A stretch of DNA of 62,472 nt, counting the filler, from Choristocarpus tenellus KU-1152 (lineage: Eukaryota; Protista; Phaeophyceae), in the NCBI GenBank assembly GCA_964200185.2. It is 9 parts of 9 records of this genome, joined end to end, with 100 filler letters (N's around TTAATTAATTAA, not from the genome) between each part and the next. Parts side by side here need not be neighbours in the genome. Positions count along the whole stretch, not along the records: positions 29,623 to 39,072 come from CAXNAD020003665.1; positions 39,173 to 48,727 come from CAXNAD020003583.1; positions 48,828 to 51,525 come from CAXNAD020025549.1; 6 more parts are not named here. One strand, written 5' to 3'. How positions within the stretch are numbered: position 1 is the stretch's first letter; the number at the start of each line of letters is the position of its first letter. Shown here in pieces: positions 35,611-49,807 of this stretch. The notes below the pieces were generated by a model that was given only the letters and a program-made list of their open reading frames with translations, made no database searches and was not told the DNA's origin. Position numbers and translations under genes: made by a program.

Positions 35611-35866
35611 GAGCCAAAGTATCTTAGAAGGTAGATCCGCGTCCATTTGGGACCCAAACTCCAATGTTGCAATTTTGATGGAATTTTGGCTATAATGTTT
35701 GTTAGGAGATGCCCATATCCTTGTTCCGGACACATCTTTTCATAACGTATACATTACCTACTTCGAAACTATTGCAGTTGATAAAATGTCATTAAAAACT
35801 TGTGGGAAGCCAAGCCCCTAATGGACAAACAGGGGGAAACCCGTACCCTCTAAGATACTTTCACTC
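35611..35866 (+). mobile_element. MITE family A, full length
   Basis: GAGCCAAAGTATCTTAGAAGGTA ... TACCCTCTAAGATACTTTCACTC; flanks gaaa/aaag (ambiguous TSD). An older family A fragment lies at about 35505-35560. Confidence 0.9.
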
Positions 35867-35889
35867 AAAGGAGTGCATGGAGCAAGGAT

Positions 35890-37400
35890 ATTGACATTTG
35901 CTAACACTTACGTTAGCCAAACTTACTTGAGAATCGCAACATTGGACCTATCCTCTTAAATGCTTTGACTCATGTGAGAAAGAAAGCAATCAAAGCATCC
36001 ATGTGAACCAGCAAACCACTAAGTGGGCCAAAGTTGGCGAAGGCTAACGACATGACTTCTTTGAAATTGGCAGGGAGCAATTGATATCCCAAACGGCATC
36101 CTCTTAAAAGCATATTTGCCTCCAGAAGTGACAAAAGCAGTCTTATCCATATCAACTTCAACCACCGGAATTGGCCAATACTAACACTGAACATCACAAA
36201 TGGTGAGATACTTGGCACTACTCATGGTATCAATATGAGACCCCATATTACGCATAGGTCACCTCTATTGAACAAGGGTGTTTGTTTACAGTTGAGTGGT
36301 AGTCTACACAGACACGTGGAGAACAATTAGACTTGACTACGATGGAAACAGGACTACACCAAGGGCTGACACGTTTTCAATGGAGCCTTGCTCCTTCATT
36401 GTGTTAACGCATAAGTCAATTGCTTCTTGAGTAAGGGGGTTTGCTCTGTACCGTTTCCTATCAAAGGGCTTGATACCAGGTTCTATAGGAATTTCTGCTT
36501 TATCTCGAGTACATTTGCCCATTTCTGTTACATTAAACGAAAATACCAATGATTATTGACGAGCATGTAGGTCTTAAAGTTGAGACATTTACAACTTTTT
36601 GAACGTGGTATCTTTGGAAATATTTGTCTTACTGCAAGTTGATGAAAATCCTCTGAACCAATATCGATCTATCATTTCCCGACCAAGTACTGAGAGTGCA
36701 AGCAATGATGATACGATTCCATTAATGTGTGGGGTTCACTGTGTTGGTCTATATCAGTCATGTAATGTATGACTAGTTCCACTACAACAGCAGTATCAAG
36801 GCACGGGCTAAATAGTTCCACTATTTCAAGATATATTTTCTCGGGACCAACTCGGGGAATCACTAAAGCTCCAACGGGCAATGTGGTGTCACAAAGTGTA
36901 AGTGCAAAACGACAAAATCCACAAATAGATGCCAAGGTGAACTATTAGGAGTACGTAGCTCTATTGCACCGGGTGGGACAGGATGCATATCCAAACGTTT
37001 GAGTTGAGGGTGATTGCGAACAAATATTGGTGAAATACATGGGATATCACTTGCTGTGTCAATGGTTAAGTCATATTCGTCTTGCTCTTCAACGATGCCA
37101 AAAACACGATTTTTATTTTATTTTTGACGATTAGGGTTTTGGAGTGGATTGGTATCTACACAAGAAACTGTTGAACAAAGTTTGTTTTTTGTCGTACGGC
37201 CTTGGTTGAACTAAGGACAAAGAAAATGCTTGGTGACAGATGAACAGGCAAACACGCTGCCTGAGGAGCAAGTGGTGTTTCAAGTACCATCTGGGTTGGC
37301 TAAGGCAGGAGTGGGTCGAGTGACCATCACGAGTCGTCACCTGACAAACGTATACTGGCACTAACTATTCTGTGACGTAATTTACTGTACGTCAACATGA
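35890..37400 (-). mobile_element. Degenerate Ty3/Gypsy protease-reverse transcriptase relic
   Basis: Protease LTIDTASDIPCIS; PFDRKRYRANPLTQEAID; SPWCSPVSIV; PRVCVDY; DKTAFVTSGGKYAFKRMPFG; LVHMD (YxDD position). Frameshifted. Confidence 0.85.
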
Positions 37401-38396
37401 TGATTAGGCATAGTCGGGGACTATGCACAATGAGGTAGACAACAGGGTCGTGATGCTAAAGGCTCAGTCGAATGGACTGTCACAGGTGTACGCATTGACA
37501 ACCAAGCTGTGAATCTGGTCAGGGCTGCTTCCCCTCCTCGGAGATGCTCCACTTCTGTTCGGAGACATTTGTCCTCTCGTTGGGGTTGGACAAAGTCTGG
37601 ACAAGGAAACAGCATGGGAAGGGGTGATCACGTTAATAAAAATCATTCTGGACATTTTCCCACGTTCTTGGAGGGGTTATTGGAATAAGGGTGTGGGGAA
37701 ACGAATGTAATATGGGCAAATCACAAGGGGAACGTCACTCCACAGTATAGGCTAACATAAGAAAACAACTGTTTCAGGGGGACCTTGGAGATGTTTCGGT
37801 AAAAATTCGTTGCAACTGTTCACAGATAGTGCTGCTGATACACTACAGACACCATCGGTGGAGTAGATTAGGAAAGGTAGACACCACTGGCGGTGTAATG
37901 GAGGAAACGTAGAGTCAGATATATGTTTCCATATATTTCAGTTGAGCTCTACACAATGTTCATGTATGGTAGGGACCTGATATTGGATCATCCGTTGATG
38001 TATCATATATGCCACATATGGGAAGTAGATATTATTCTTTTCTGATTATTCATATGGACGTTACAAATCCCACATGGTAGTTTGCACTTGTCTCACCAAC
38101 CAATTCAGTCAGCAGAATCGAGACCATAAGCCCTTTGTAAAATTAACATTGCATATCTACATTAAGCTATTCATTGTCTTTCATCAAAGCACGAAGCCGC
38201 GGGTCCAATGTGGAATATTTCAACACGCGACGTAGCCTAGCTAACCCTTTCCTGGGACACTGCGCTGATCGACGAGGCTAGTAGTGAGCAAGTTATTTGT
38301 ACAAGATATTTGCTAGTAACCCCACCAAAGTCACGAACCTCCCCACGCTCGCTGGGAAGTAGGGAGACGATTTCTTCGATTTTGCTGTTCATTCTT

Positions 38397-38652
38397 GAGT
38401 GTGAAATTATCTTAGAGAGTACGAGTTTTGCCCTGTTTGTCCATTTGGGGCTTGGCTTCCCATGGGTTTTATTGTGACACTTTCCTACTCCAAAATGTTT
38501 AGGAGTAAGTAAAATATGTACATTATGAAAAGGTGTGTCCAGAACAAGGGTACTGACACTCCCTAACAAATACGATAGCCAAATTACATCAAAATAGCAA
38601 CGATTTTGGCTCCCAAATGGACGCGGCCCTACCCTCTAAGATAATTTGGCTC
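38397..38652 (-). mobile_element. MITE family A, full length
   Basis: TSD TCTT (38393-38396 / 38653-38656). Confidence 0.9.
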
Positions 38653-38770
38653 TCTTAGGTCATCCGAAGTGTTTGTAGCTGCGACCTTGCGCTACTTGAC
38701 CCTGACATAGTCCGTAAGGGGTCAATTTGGACGTGAGTCAAGGAATGCACCCAAGTTCAAAAGATAGTGC

Positions 38771-39072
38771 GTGAGTGCTTCAGCAGCCACGATAATATTA
38801 GCAGATGGTGTGGCAGCCGCATCAGTGCTTAACCTCTCCAATCGTGGAGATGGATGGCAATTACCGAATGATCATGCCCTTGCTATAGGAAGGAGGCCGA
38901 GTAGTAAATCTGCTGGTAGAAAGGGTCGAGGAAAGGGCTGCGTAGTCTGTTATATATGTGGCAAAGATGGTCACACCAAGTATGACTGCCCCGACCTCGA
39001 TCGGGCTACAAGACTGGGGGGAGATGACGACCAAGGTAGAAGATGCATGAGATGCACAGGGTTAGGTCACCA
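38771..39072 (+). mobile_element. Retroelement gag fragment with tandem CCHC zinc knuckles
   Basis: CYICGKDGHTKYDC and CMRCTGLGH (cut by gap). Confidence 0.7.
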
Positions 39073-40624
39073 NNNNNNNNNNNNNNNNNNNNNNNNNNNN
39101 NNNNNNNNNNNNNNNNTTAATTAATTAANNNNNNNNNNNNNNNNNNNNNNNNNNNNNNNNNNNNNNNNNNNNGGTCGCACTGGTTGGTCACCTCATGGGG
39201 GAGTAAATAGGAAACCAGCGGTGAAGGGGTCGCAAGGGGCTGGTCAGAAGAAGGAATACATGGGAAAGGAAAGGAATGGAGAATAGGGGAATGGCAAACA
39301 AGGAATAAGCTAATAATAATAATCCAGAATTCGTGAGCAAAACAAAACACATGATTATTAGAGCCATCTTCCAAAGAAGGTATACCCTGAAGGTAACCTA
39401 TCTTGAAGAATCTGGTATTCATATGACATTTGTTCTTGCATGTCGAAGATAACATCTGGTTGAAGTAAGAGCGGGTAGTTTGAGGGGGACCTTGCAACCC
39501 CCCCCTCATTCAGTTACCACTTGTTCACTCCTTTCCCAAATGATCTTCAGAGGGATTGCTTTCCCTCTTGACTTGTCTCTCTCCTTTCCCTTGCCTCGTG
39601 TGGGTGTTCCCGCTCCCCTTCATTACGAAGAACCTGTGGGCTTGTTTCCATCTGTTTCACACGATCATTTATATATATATATATATAAACACACACACAC
39701 ACAATCTCCTACCTACAATAGAATCTCTCACGTCGAAAAATCTCACTAGAATTCTTTCCTGTTTCCATAATCTAAGGTACACCTCTCATGGTACATCTCA
39801 GGTCGGGAGTTTTACCAAATGAGCGTCTTTCCTGTTTGTTGTGAGGGTCCTCTTTTTGATTGCAAGTTGTAACAACACAAAACACTCCATACACTCCTAT
39901 TTGCGAAAGTATAGTGAAGAGTCAACCATGATAGTAGAAGAAAGGAGAGCATGATCTCATAGGTAGGCTCTCATCCTCGTGTCTCTATTTTCACTTACTC
40001 ACCTCTCTAATAAAGGATTCCTTCAACATCATACATAGAGAAAATAATTTTCATAACGGCAAACATACCGTTACAGAGCCAAAGAAAAAGAGAGGTATTT
40101 GCATTTCAAGCCTGTTTTCGATCTTTTGTTGTTCACCTATATTTCTATTGATGAAGTTCTAAGTTTGACTTGAGAGGGTTTATTTCTTTGTTGTTTTAAA
40201 CTTTTCCGACACAATTCAGAAAATATTTTTTTACACATTTGAAAAAAAAAAGGCGAATTACACAATTTTGTCAGCATCCTTCAAATGCAACTCTGTGGTT
40301 TACTTTGACTCCGCGACTACTACACCACCAGCATAGTGTAATTCAAAACAAATCAATCATCGATCAACTGTACAGAAGTCCTATTTTTCTGTACATTTTA
40401 CTTGTGGCGGAGGTCATGCAGTGAACTGGTACCTCTTCTTCAGTTCTCCCAGTTCTTTGTCAAGCTTCGTGCTTGAGCTGGTGTCCTCTTGACGGACAAA
40501 GGTCAGTCTTAGATACCCTTGAGTGACTCCAGGACTCGTCTGTCTTAGATCATCTTGGGTGATTCTCATTGATTGGATTGGGTGTTGTGTAGTCCTCCCA
40601 ACTCAAGCATCAAGCTTGAGCTAG

Positions 40625-40881
40625 GATTGAAAGTATCTTAGAGGGTACGAGTTTTGCCCTGTTTGTCCATTTGGGGCTTGGATCGCATGGGGTTTTTATG
40701 ACATTTTCCTACTCCAAAATGTTGAGGAGTAGGTAAAATGTATACATTATGAAAAGGTGTATCCGAAACATAGATATTGGTACTTTCTAGCAAACACGAT
40801 AGCAAAATTATCATCAAAATCGCAACATTGGATTTTGACCCCCAAACGGACGCGCCTCTACCCTCCAAGATACTTTGGCTC
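40625..40881 (-). mobile_element. MITE family A, full length
   Basis: TSD CTAG (40621-40624 / 40882-40885). Confidence 0.92.
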
Positions 40882-41042
40882 CTAGCCCTCTCCTCTTCCA
40901 TTTCTCTTCGGGTTTGTTTGCATGCATCTTGCTCGCGCTGTTGTGTGCACAGTCTTGAGGTTGTCCTGGAATTCAGTTTGGACCGATCTTCACTTCCTCT
41001 CCTGATCCTATCTCCTCACAATTGTCCTCGTCAACTCCACCT

Positions 41043-41130
41043 GGCTCAAAGTATCTGGGGGGGGGTGCCGGCTGTCCATTCGGGGTCCATCTTTCCATGT
41101 TGCGATTCTTGGCTTAATTTGGTTGAATGA
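41043..41130 (+). mobile_element. MITE family B, 5' half
   Basis: GGCTCAAAGTATCT-polyG-TGCCGGCTGTCCATTCGGGG; truncated. Confidence 0.85.
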
Positions 41131-44100
41131 ACAAGAGCTTACGATAACTGTGCATGCACTGAAACCCCAGGTAGATATCAAGTGCTGGTACCAAAGGGAC
41201 TGAGGGTGAGGCACCCTTCGAAGAAAAAAATGGTGATTAAAAACTTGATTTCTGGTACAATAAGACACTTGAAGTAATGTTGGAGTATATAGTTGTTGCT
41301 TTTCTCGTTCAGGGTTGTATGTTGACCAAGTGTAAATGGCTACGGTGTAAAACTTCAAAACAGACTAGGGAATTAAATGTAACGGAACCAAACCACAAGC
41401 CGACCCCAGAAAGATGGTTTTCTAACACGGTCGGTTCATGGCCTTGAATTTTTTTAACGAGGCCAAGCGTAAGCCTGCTTGGTTGGAATGTATTGAGTAT
41501 CAGTTTTTCAAGGGCCAGGTCAAGGCCTTGAACAGCTTCAGCATGATTGGGTGTGGACTGGCTCAACCAAGAAAGTTATCAATGGAAAGGGTAGTAACCA
41601 GACTAGGGTGAAGAAGAATTTTATCAACCAGCCCAAAGCTTTATAATTTGCCCAAGGACTTCTTTATAAGGGTGGAGTGAAGCGCTGTTTTTGTGTTTTG
41701 TGTGCGCTTTTCAGACACACAATAATTGTGGAGTGGAATGAAGCTCGTAAAAAGCGCGAGTTATTTGTTTTTGGGGACATATGGAGTGTCGTTCTTTTGC
41801 GTACGTTTTCTAGACGCACAGAAAAATGACCCCCAAACAAAGTTAATATAATTGAGTGGGTACCTGGGGTTATTGTTGTTTCCTGCATCACACCACATCG
41901 ACTTGTACTATCTCTTCTCTGTTCCAGAATGCTACCAAGGGGCATCAGTTGGGGTTACTTGCCTTTCTTTGCACCAGGTGCCACAAACGGTGCAGGCAAG
42001 TATCCTACTTTCTGTCACTTGGAATGGACAACTTGTGGCGTGAGGGCAAGGAATTCTGATCCGTGAAAAACGTTGGCGATGGGTGGGTGGCCTGTGTCCC
42101 ATTTTTGTTGCTGTGTTTGCCACTGTACCTTAGATGAATGTGTATTGAAGATAGTCTTTACTTCTTTCCTCGGGGTCCCTTGCAAACGACATTCTCTCGC
42201 TTGCTTGGTCCATGCACCTAAGGTCCAATCATTTCTTTGCACAGTACTTCCAGTATTCCATCCATCTAGACTAAAGTGAACTCAACCTTTAAATGGGATG
42301 GGACTCAACAGAGCACAATGCTGTGCACGGGTAGCACAGGGTGGGGCTGTGGCAAGGACAGAAGAGGAGGGGAAGCTCAGCAGGTTGTACCCACTGTGCT
42401 CCAACAGCCCCAGGAGGAAATGAACAGTGGAAGGGTTGTTCCTGGGTGGAAGATCAGAGGCACTGTACATGGTAATACTCCTCATATCACTGCCTACAGA
42501 AATAACTCTTTCACAACGACAAACTTGAATACACTGTCCATGTTGGTGCCTTGTTTCTTGTATCCTGGGTTCAGCCATCCCACTGCTCGTCACTCCACCT
42601 CCTAGGACTTCCTCGATTTAATGCTGGGCCTGCCACAGCATTGCTCCACTTGTTGGTGAGGCTTCGCTACCTCAGTTTGTCTTCTGCATCTTTGCAGTAT
42701 GGCAATAGTTGGGATAGTAGGCCATGGTACTTCCACATTGACCATATTTAAACAAAACCAGATTTTCCTGAAAAGGAACCTTGCATCAAGGGGGTTTGGG
42801 CTCACAAATTAACGCTGGGACAACCTGTCCATTAACCATTGAACTATGAGGCTGCTTCTGCAGTCACTGTAAGGTTGAGGTGGCTTCATGAAGTATCACA
42901 CTAGCGTCCCCATAAATGCAACATATGCAGGTTTCTTTAAAATTATAATGTACTCTTGATGTATCCATTCTAACAACCAGGTGTGAGTACACCTGATCAT
43001 TTTCATGACCAATTGTTATATGAGGAGAGAAAGAGGTGTGTCAGTCCCATCACCCATAATCATATTGGATGTACTTGAGAACTCAGCATGATCGTGACCA
43101 ATTTTCATCAGTTGATGCCAACTGGGTACACCACCATGTTCTGTCGCCTGCTTCAGACTATCAAGGAGACGTTCCCCTGTTGATGGATGGGGATACAATG
43201 TGTGCATTGCTCCATGGTGATTGCACCACTTCTCGTGGTCTCGTTCCGTTTGATGACCTGTTGATGACTACATTTCCCACACATAAGAGCATTCTTGAGG
43301 AGCATGGGCATATATATATATGTCCCTTGTACCCACAAGAGCCCTCATATGTCACACACCTCCCTTGTAGCCTCCTGGCTACCTTCCACTACTAACACCT
43401 TCAACTGTCTACCACAGCCTCTTTCCACAAGAAATTTCATATCAAGTCTAATACTGTTGAATACGCAGTACCAACATGAACTGCAATGCTTTCCTGTTGC
43501 TTATTCGAGCACCATGCATAGCAAATGAAGCATGGACCAGGGAGCAATTCTATACACCACCAGGACGGGAACAAAAGAGCGAAGGATTGACATGCAACAG
43601 AAGTTGCTCTAGATTTAACCAGATAGTGACAAAAAAAAGCAATCAGTTAGATGACAAGTTGACACAAAGCCTCGGAACAGCAAAGATCATGACACAACTG
43701 AAATCAAGAACATTTTCGACCCCTCAAGAGCTAACATTCCCTCCTAGCTAGGGAAGTCAGAATATGTAAGGGCTGAGACAGGGGGTGGAAGAACATAAAA
43801 CTTGGTCCTCAATCCAGCTGCGGTGACGAAATTGTGTGAATGATAATAGCGGCCAGGATTCTCGCTTCACATTCTCTCGCATTTTCATGTGCTTTTCTGA
43901 GCTGGTCCTGATGGATAACAAAGCAGATAACTGCTTGGTGCCTAATGGGCTAAATAAATACACGACTCATTCTATGCTCAGGGGGTCACTACACAAGCCA
44001 AAAAACGAGGATTAGAGTATTTTCTATTGAGATAAGGTTTCTGCTCCTTAGCTCCAATTGTCGATTGAATTGTGTATCACATCCTTGCAATGGAGCATGC

Positions 44101-44536
44101 TACTTTGATGTACTCCTTGTTTGTAGCACCTTTGCATGCAGCAAAAGAATACATTGCACAGAAACACATGCACTTTCAACATGTGTCAGCCAAAAGGTAC
44201 TATCATATACCCCATTTCCATCATCTTGGTTTGTCCTTTAATGCTGTTGTCTCGGTACAAGGTGGGCAATTATATAACACATTTTCTCCCTCGCTCCTAC
44301 AATACATGCACCTCTTTCAGGCTCGCCTGGGTGACCACATTGCCACCAATCAAAGCAATTCAGACTGGAATGTACATGCACACAGCATAGCTCCAGCTGA
44401 ACTATACTGCCTTCCTATTGTGCACATCTTGTGATGAGCACGGTAGCTGAAGCAAAAGGCCAGGGACAGCACCTCAACAAGGTAGCCTACCCCAACCTCA
44501 CTCGAGGAATAAATGGTCACACAGGTATGGGTGCTC

Positions 44537-45571
44537 TCACATATCATCACTGCACCCAAATTGCACAAGCACACATGGTCCACCGTGGATAAGAGCAACA
44601 CCCAGCTCATTTGCTCTTTCGATAACCTCAGGGTTCTCACTTCCAGGTTGTAACCACACCGGTGTTGTTAGACCCAGACGGGACACCTCCTCGATCACTC
44701 CTAGTGTGATCGCTAACAAAATATTCAGTAGGAGTAAGGGGGGTAGGTATTGAAAACATGGAGATCGTAGGATCGGCTGCTCGTAATCAAGGAGTTAAAC
44801 CAAGGCTAAGTAAGGGAGGGGTTGCGGAGGGTGAATTGGGGATGGGGAAGAAATCGTTTGTGAATTGTATTCATAAATAAACAAATTGCAATATCATCAA
44901 TGTGACGAAACTACGTATCCACTATTATATGTACGGATAGAATGCCCTTGCGTTCAAGTTGAACTATGGTATGGAGTGAGGCGGGAATAAATAGCACTTC
45001 CGAACACATGGCAAGGTTCGGGAACAATGGGACAAAACTAAATGTATATTTCATTGTTATGTATCTAGCCATCCCATACTCATCGAAACGAATGTCAAAC
45101 AACGAGGTAGAACAACTCGAAATTACCTGGTGGGGTGACCACGGACACCGCGGTTCCGTGAAGGTTGGTCAGGGAAGACAGCGATGCAACACATTTGAGT
45201 CCCTCAATTGTGTCCTCTCGCGGATTTACAGGCGTAACTTCCTTGCCATTGTTTGAGTAACATCGAAGAACCTAAGGCGTAAGACGTATCAAGTCCACGG
45301 AACACTACTCAGGACATAGGTCGTAGTTTTGGTTAGATTAATACCAGCTATTTCATCTAAACCAACGAAATTATAGATCAAGATCGATGCTATTTTGGTA
45401 ATGTATGAAATGTGACGTTCAACACACTAATGTGGATAGATCCTTGTTCATTTAGAAAACCGGGGTCCTTGTCACGTTATACACCTTGTTTCCAAACTTG
45501 GTTCGATTTGTCGAGGCTCCGACAACTGCAAACCTTGGTGATGCTAGAAACATTTGTACCAGAGGTTCCAT
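44537..45571 (-). CDS. CoA-binding protein (YccU / CoA_binding_2 family), 135-aa core in 3 exons; an N-terminal extension is possible
   Basis: Exons 45571-45485, 45271-45127 and 44712-44537: FAVVGASTNRTKFGNK|VLRCY...VTPVNPREDTIEGLKC...VSVVTPP|AITLGVIEE...VWLQPGSE...GGPCVLV. An in-frame acceptor at 45601 suggests upstream exons. Confidence 0.88.
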
Positions 45572-47200
45572 ACCAGCCACAGGGACAGAAAGGAGGAGGT
45601 TCTGTCAGAGATGGGGTTTTGTTTTACTATGTACATACCCAACCTCCAACATGATGTATGGGAGGCTTTTTGCATGGTCTATTAAGAGCAGGAATAAGGA
45701 ACTGGTACAACAGTTGGATTTCGGGACAGGGACAGCGACAGGTAGAGGGACAGGGCAGTGGAAGGGAAAGGGAAAGGAAACCCATGGAGCTAGGAAATCA
45801 ACGAGGGAATTCCTCTCGATCTTGTCCTCGGCGACATCGCTTCGACGAGGGCTTGAATGGACACATGGGTATAATACCTTGTTCCCCAGTGCTACATTTC
45901 CACCTCGTATTGTTGACGATGCAATTTGCTATCTCCAATATGGTTGAACAAGGGTAAGTCAATACCCCAGAAATCTGTTGTTGGAAGAAATGGAGAATTC
46001 TTGAGTAAATGCTGTTGGTGAATCCCTTGGTCGTGGCAAATATACATATCTAGGTATACATACATATAGATCGTGAGTATCCTTACTGGGACCTCAACAC
46101 TACATCCACCCTACTGTTGGTTTCCAAAGTCAAGTCCGCGTGTTGTGCAAGGCTACAGTCAAAGCTCTGGCCGGAGAGGCGTTCTGGCGTAGCATGTCTA
46201 ACCTAGAGCTGGATGAAGGAGAAGAAGGACATGATCAAGATACGGAAAAAGTTGCATGCGATCGACCAAAACGATGGACTACGCAGACGTTGGACGATGG
46301 AATGGGGCACCACAAAGGCGTTACGGACAGCGAAAACCTCAATAGACGCCAGGACGAAAACGGTCGTCAAGGAGGGAGCACTATCACCACTACTTGGAAG
46401 CAGGGCAGTCAAATCCGCAACAGTGGCGAGTTCTTTCGGCGTTACCATCACCATGTGACCTTCCGGCGACTGGTAATATTAGTATCGTTTGTACTTCATC
46501 TTATTTTCTGTCATCTTCGATCCTTCCTTGCTCTCCAAAGCTGTGATGTGGGGCTTCTTCTTTCGTTTGAACGAAACCGTACATGCCTGTAACTTGAAGG
46601 ACTACTAAATGCCACCTTAGACATCTCTCTTGATACACAAGTACATATCCAGGTAGTCCAGCCGCCTCTCACGTAGCGATGTAGCCACAAAAAATCGAAA
46701 AATAGACGTTCAATGACAAAGTGCTCTAGAATGGCACCCTGCTGAGAAGGTAGGGACATAAAGTTTGGCTCCCAAGCATTTTCATTACCGTGCCACAAAT
46801 CATTTAGGTTTTTCTAGCAGATGACATAAATATACGAGAGGCGAACAAGGTTGTTTTGCATATGCTGACTTCTGGTATGGATGTTGCTTGCCCTAGCGCA
46901 TTGGGCAGAACTCTTGCCTGACCATTCCTCACCACATGCTGTCATCCAGTTACATCGGTCACCAAAGCACTTGAACGCGAGTCCTATCCGATCACATCTA
47001 ATCATCTCACCTCATGTCGTGGTACCACATCTCCACCCAGAAACCCCCATTGCACATGGTGCCAGGCCCAGGAATCCCGCAGATGAGTTCTGCCTATGTA
47101 ACTTGGCAATACTCTCACTCTCTCCCCCCCCCCCTCCTTCCTTGGTCGTATCTGTGGCGTTGGAAATGCTAGGCACCCCCAACAATATCTGTTCATTCAG

Positions 47201-47630
47201 ACACGTTCCCAGCCGGCTTGAGGCCATCCTGTCTCGATGTTTGCGGACAAATGGCAGTCGTTGGCATGCAAGAGGGTCTGGTGCTGCTGTTCGACACCAG
47301 TCCCTGGCCCTCGCCACCGTCTCCTGTACCTTCCCCTTCCTCTGCCCCTGCCACATCTCCAATCCATGCAGGTTCATTTTGGAGTCCTGATGGCTTCACT
47401 AGTACAAGGCCACCTCAATCTGGGAAAGAGGGACGGCGGCGACCATTGAGGGTCTTTGGGTCCATTGGTAGGGGAATTGTGCATGCTGTAGTCCTTGATC
47501 ACAGCAAGGTTATTGTGGGAAGCAGGAAGAGAGGGACCTCGTTGTCGTCCACGACAACCCACAGACCTAGGCTGGGCAGTTCTAACAGGCAACCTACAGC
47601 CCCCTACCTGGACGCCGGTTTTGTTGTAAG
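47201..47630 (+). CDS. Putative exon of a WD40 / beta-propeller-like protein
   Basis: AG/GT-bounded open frame: PSCLDVCGQMAVVGMQEGLVLLFDT ... IVHAVVLDHSKVIVGSR. No convincing partner exons found. Confidence 0.35.
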
Positions 47631-49807
47631 GTATTTACACCTGTTTGTGAGCTTGAAGAATGGTATCTTTTGTACTGTGGAGCTTAATGCATTCTGCTAC
47701 GCTGGAAATATATCCACATCCATCAAACAATTAGAAAGACACATCCCAAGATGGAGAGGTTGAGGGCATGGTACCAACAGCAACACTTTTTCCTGCAAGT
47801 ATTGAATGGTAACATACGTGTCACATTGAGTGAGCTGATATTTACAGGATGAATGAATTCGCCAGCAGCTCTAAGTAGTTCAACAATATATATATATATT
47901 TTCTTGAGGTTCATGTATAGGGTTAGGGTTAGGGACACCTCTGAGGAATGGTCTCCACTTGCATCTCTTCCAGTGTGATGCCATCTGGCATGAGTTGTCG
48001 GCACTGTGCAGTACCTTGGGGTGTCGCAGAATTGCAGGATGTTTTTGGGAGCAGGAGCAAGATAGTGAGAGGGGATGAAATGGGAATCAAGGGAGGGCCT
48101 ATTATGTTTCAATTCCAGCTACTGCTGTATGCACCTCCATTTCCTCTTGAAAGTATTCGCTGGCTTTTTTTCATTTTTCACCTGGTGGTTTTAAGGTGAA
48201 GGTACAAAACCAAGAGCACAAAATATTTACATTTTTTTCTGTAGTAGTCGGTAGTAGAGTAGTCTTAAAAAAGGCGTTACTCTTAGTAAAGAAGGGTGGT
48301 GCGGCACAAGGAAGGTAGGCATAGAACAAACCACTCCGCTGATACATTTTTTTTTTTGCAAAAAGAGCGCAACTCACAGAGGTAGTAAAGTGGTCAATGC
48401 ATAGTGCCCCCCATGCCTCCGCAAAAAAACAAAAAAAACAAAAAACCCCGATCAACAAGAATAGAAGTAAATCCAAGGTACTTGCCAGGTTTGGAGCCCC
48501 TTTTAAGTCAATCCACTCAGGGAGGCAGAGAGATCAACAGCCGTTTTGAACCTTCGGCAGTATGGCCATTTGACCCCCTGCATTGCACTGTCTCTCTTTA
48601 TCGTCCTCAAAGGGTTACACGAGGGCGGGGGGTGGGGGGGGGGGGGGGGGGGGGGGAACACTGGGGGGGGGTGTGGGGGGGGGGGGTTGGTTGGGTGGGG
48701 AGGACGCCCGGCCGTCCCCCCCCCCCCNNNNNNNNNNNNNNNNNNNNNNNNNNNNNNNNNNNNNNNNNNNNTTAATTAATTAANNNNNNNNNNNNNNNNN
48801 NNNNNNNNNNNNNNNNNNNNNNNNNNNAGGAACAATAACAAAACCACAGAGCACCAAACCATTGCTACCCTCCCCCCCCACCCCCAGATCCCTTGACCCT
48901 ATCTCTCCCAAATAGATACTTGCAAACAATTCTTGACAATGCACCAGAGCCTACCTCCCATATGTGATAATTACACACTCCTTTGCTGGGTATGACTTGC
49001 CAGATTCAACCTCTGAGGACTCTCGTCCACAGAGAGATTGCCAAGCACCTCTCCCGAGTGCAGTTGAGGTGTGGGTGAGATCCCCCTCCCCTCTCTTGCT
49101 TTGCTTCCAAGAATAAAGCACGTAAGATCAATAAATCAATAAAGTACACATGAAAAAATATATATACATTCAGCCAGCACACACCCAGGTCTGAACAGTT
49201 CTGTGAAAAATTCCCTCAGTCCCTGGCAAGCCCAAAACAATCCAGAATTCCACCTGTCATTCACAAATATGAATGAAATCCACTACAAAAAATAAGCACC
49301 ACCTTCTCTACCATACTTGGGCGCAAAACATAAACCAGAGTGTTCCTCTTGAGGAACTGCACGCAGACCACCAGCTAAGACCCTCCTGAGGGCAAGTCTG
49401 GCTCAAGGCCTACACCCCCTCCCCTCCACCCTAGCACACAACCCCACAAAATGCCTCTGCAGCCACTAACTTCTTGTCTCCCAGTCGACCAACCAACTGT
49501 GGAAGGCCAAATGGACCTTTGCACAGAAAATCCTCCATGAAAACCACCAGCAGCATTTACAGCATCCCCCCCCCCCCACTATTCACAATTCCTGAAAGAC
49601 TTGAGGCCGAGATTTTCCTCCTCCTCCCAAAACACTGCAACACTGTCTTTAACACCTCCTTCATACTCATCCTCTCCCTCAATTTTCCCACCACGCAGTT
49701 ATCCTATCCCACATCAGAAAACAACCCTGCCAAAACCCTCCCCTCAAGACTCATCCCACCCTCCTGCCTATATCAACAGATATCCCACTCTCCTTCAAAG
49801 TGTCCTG

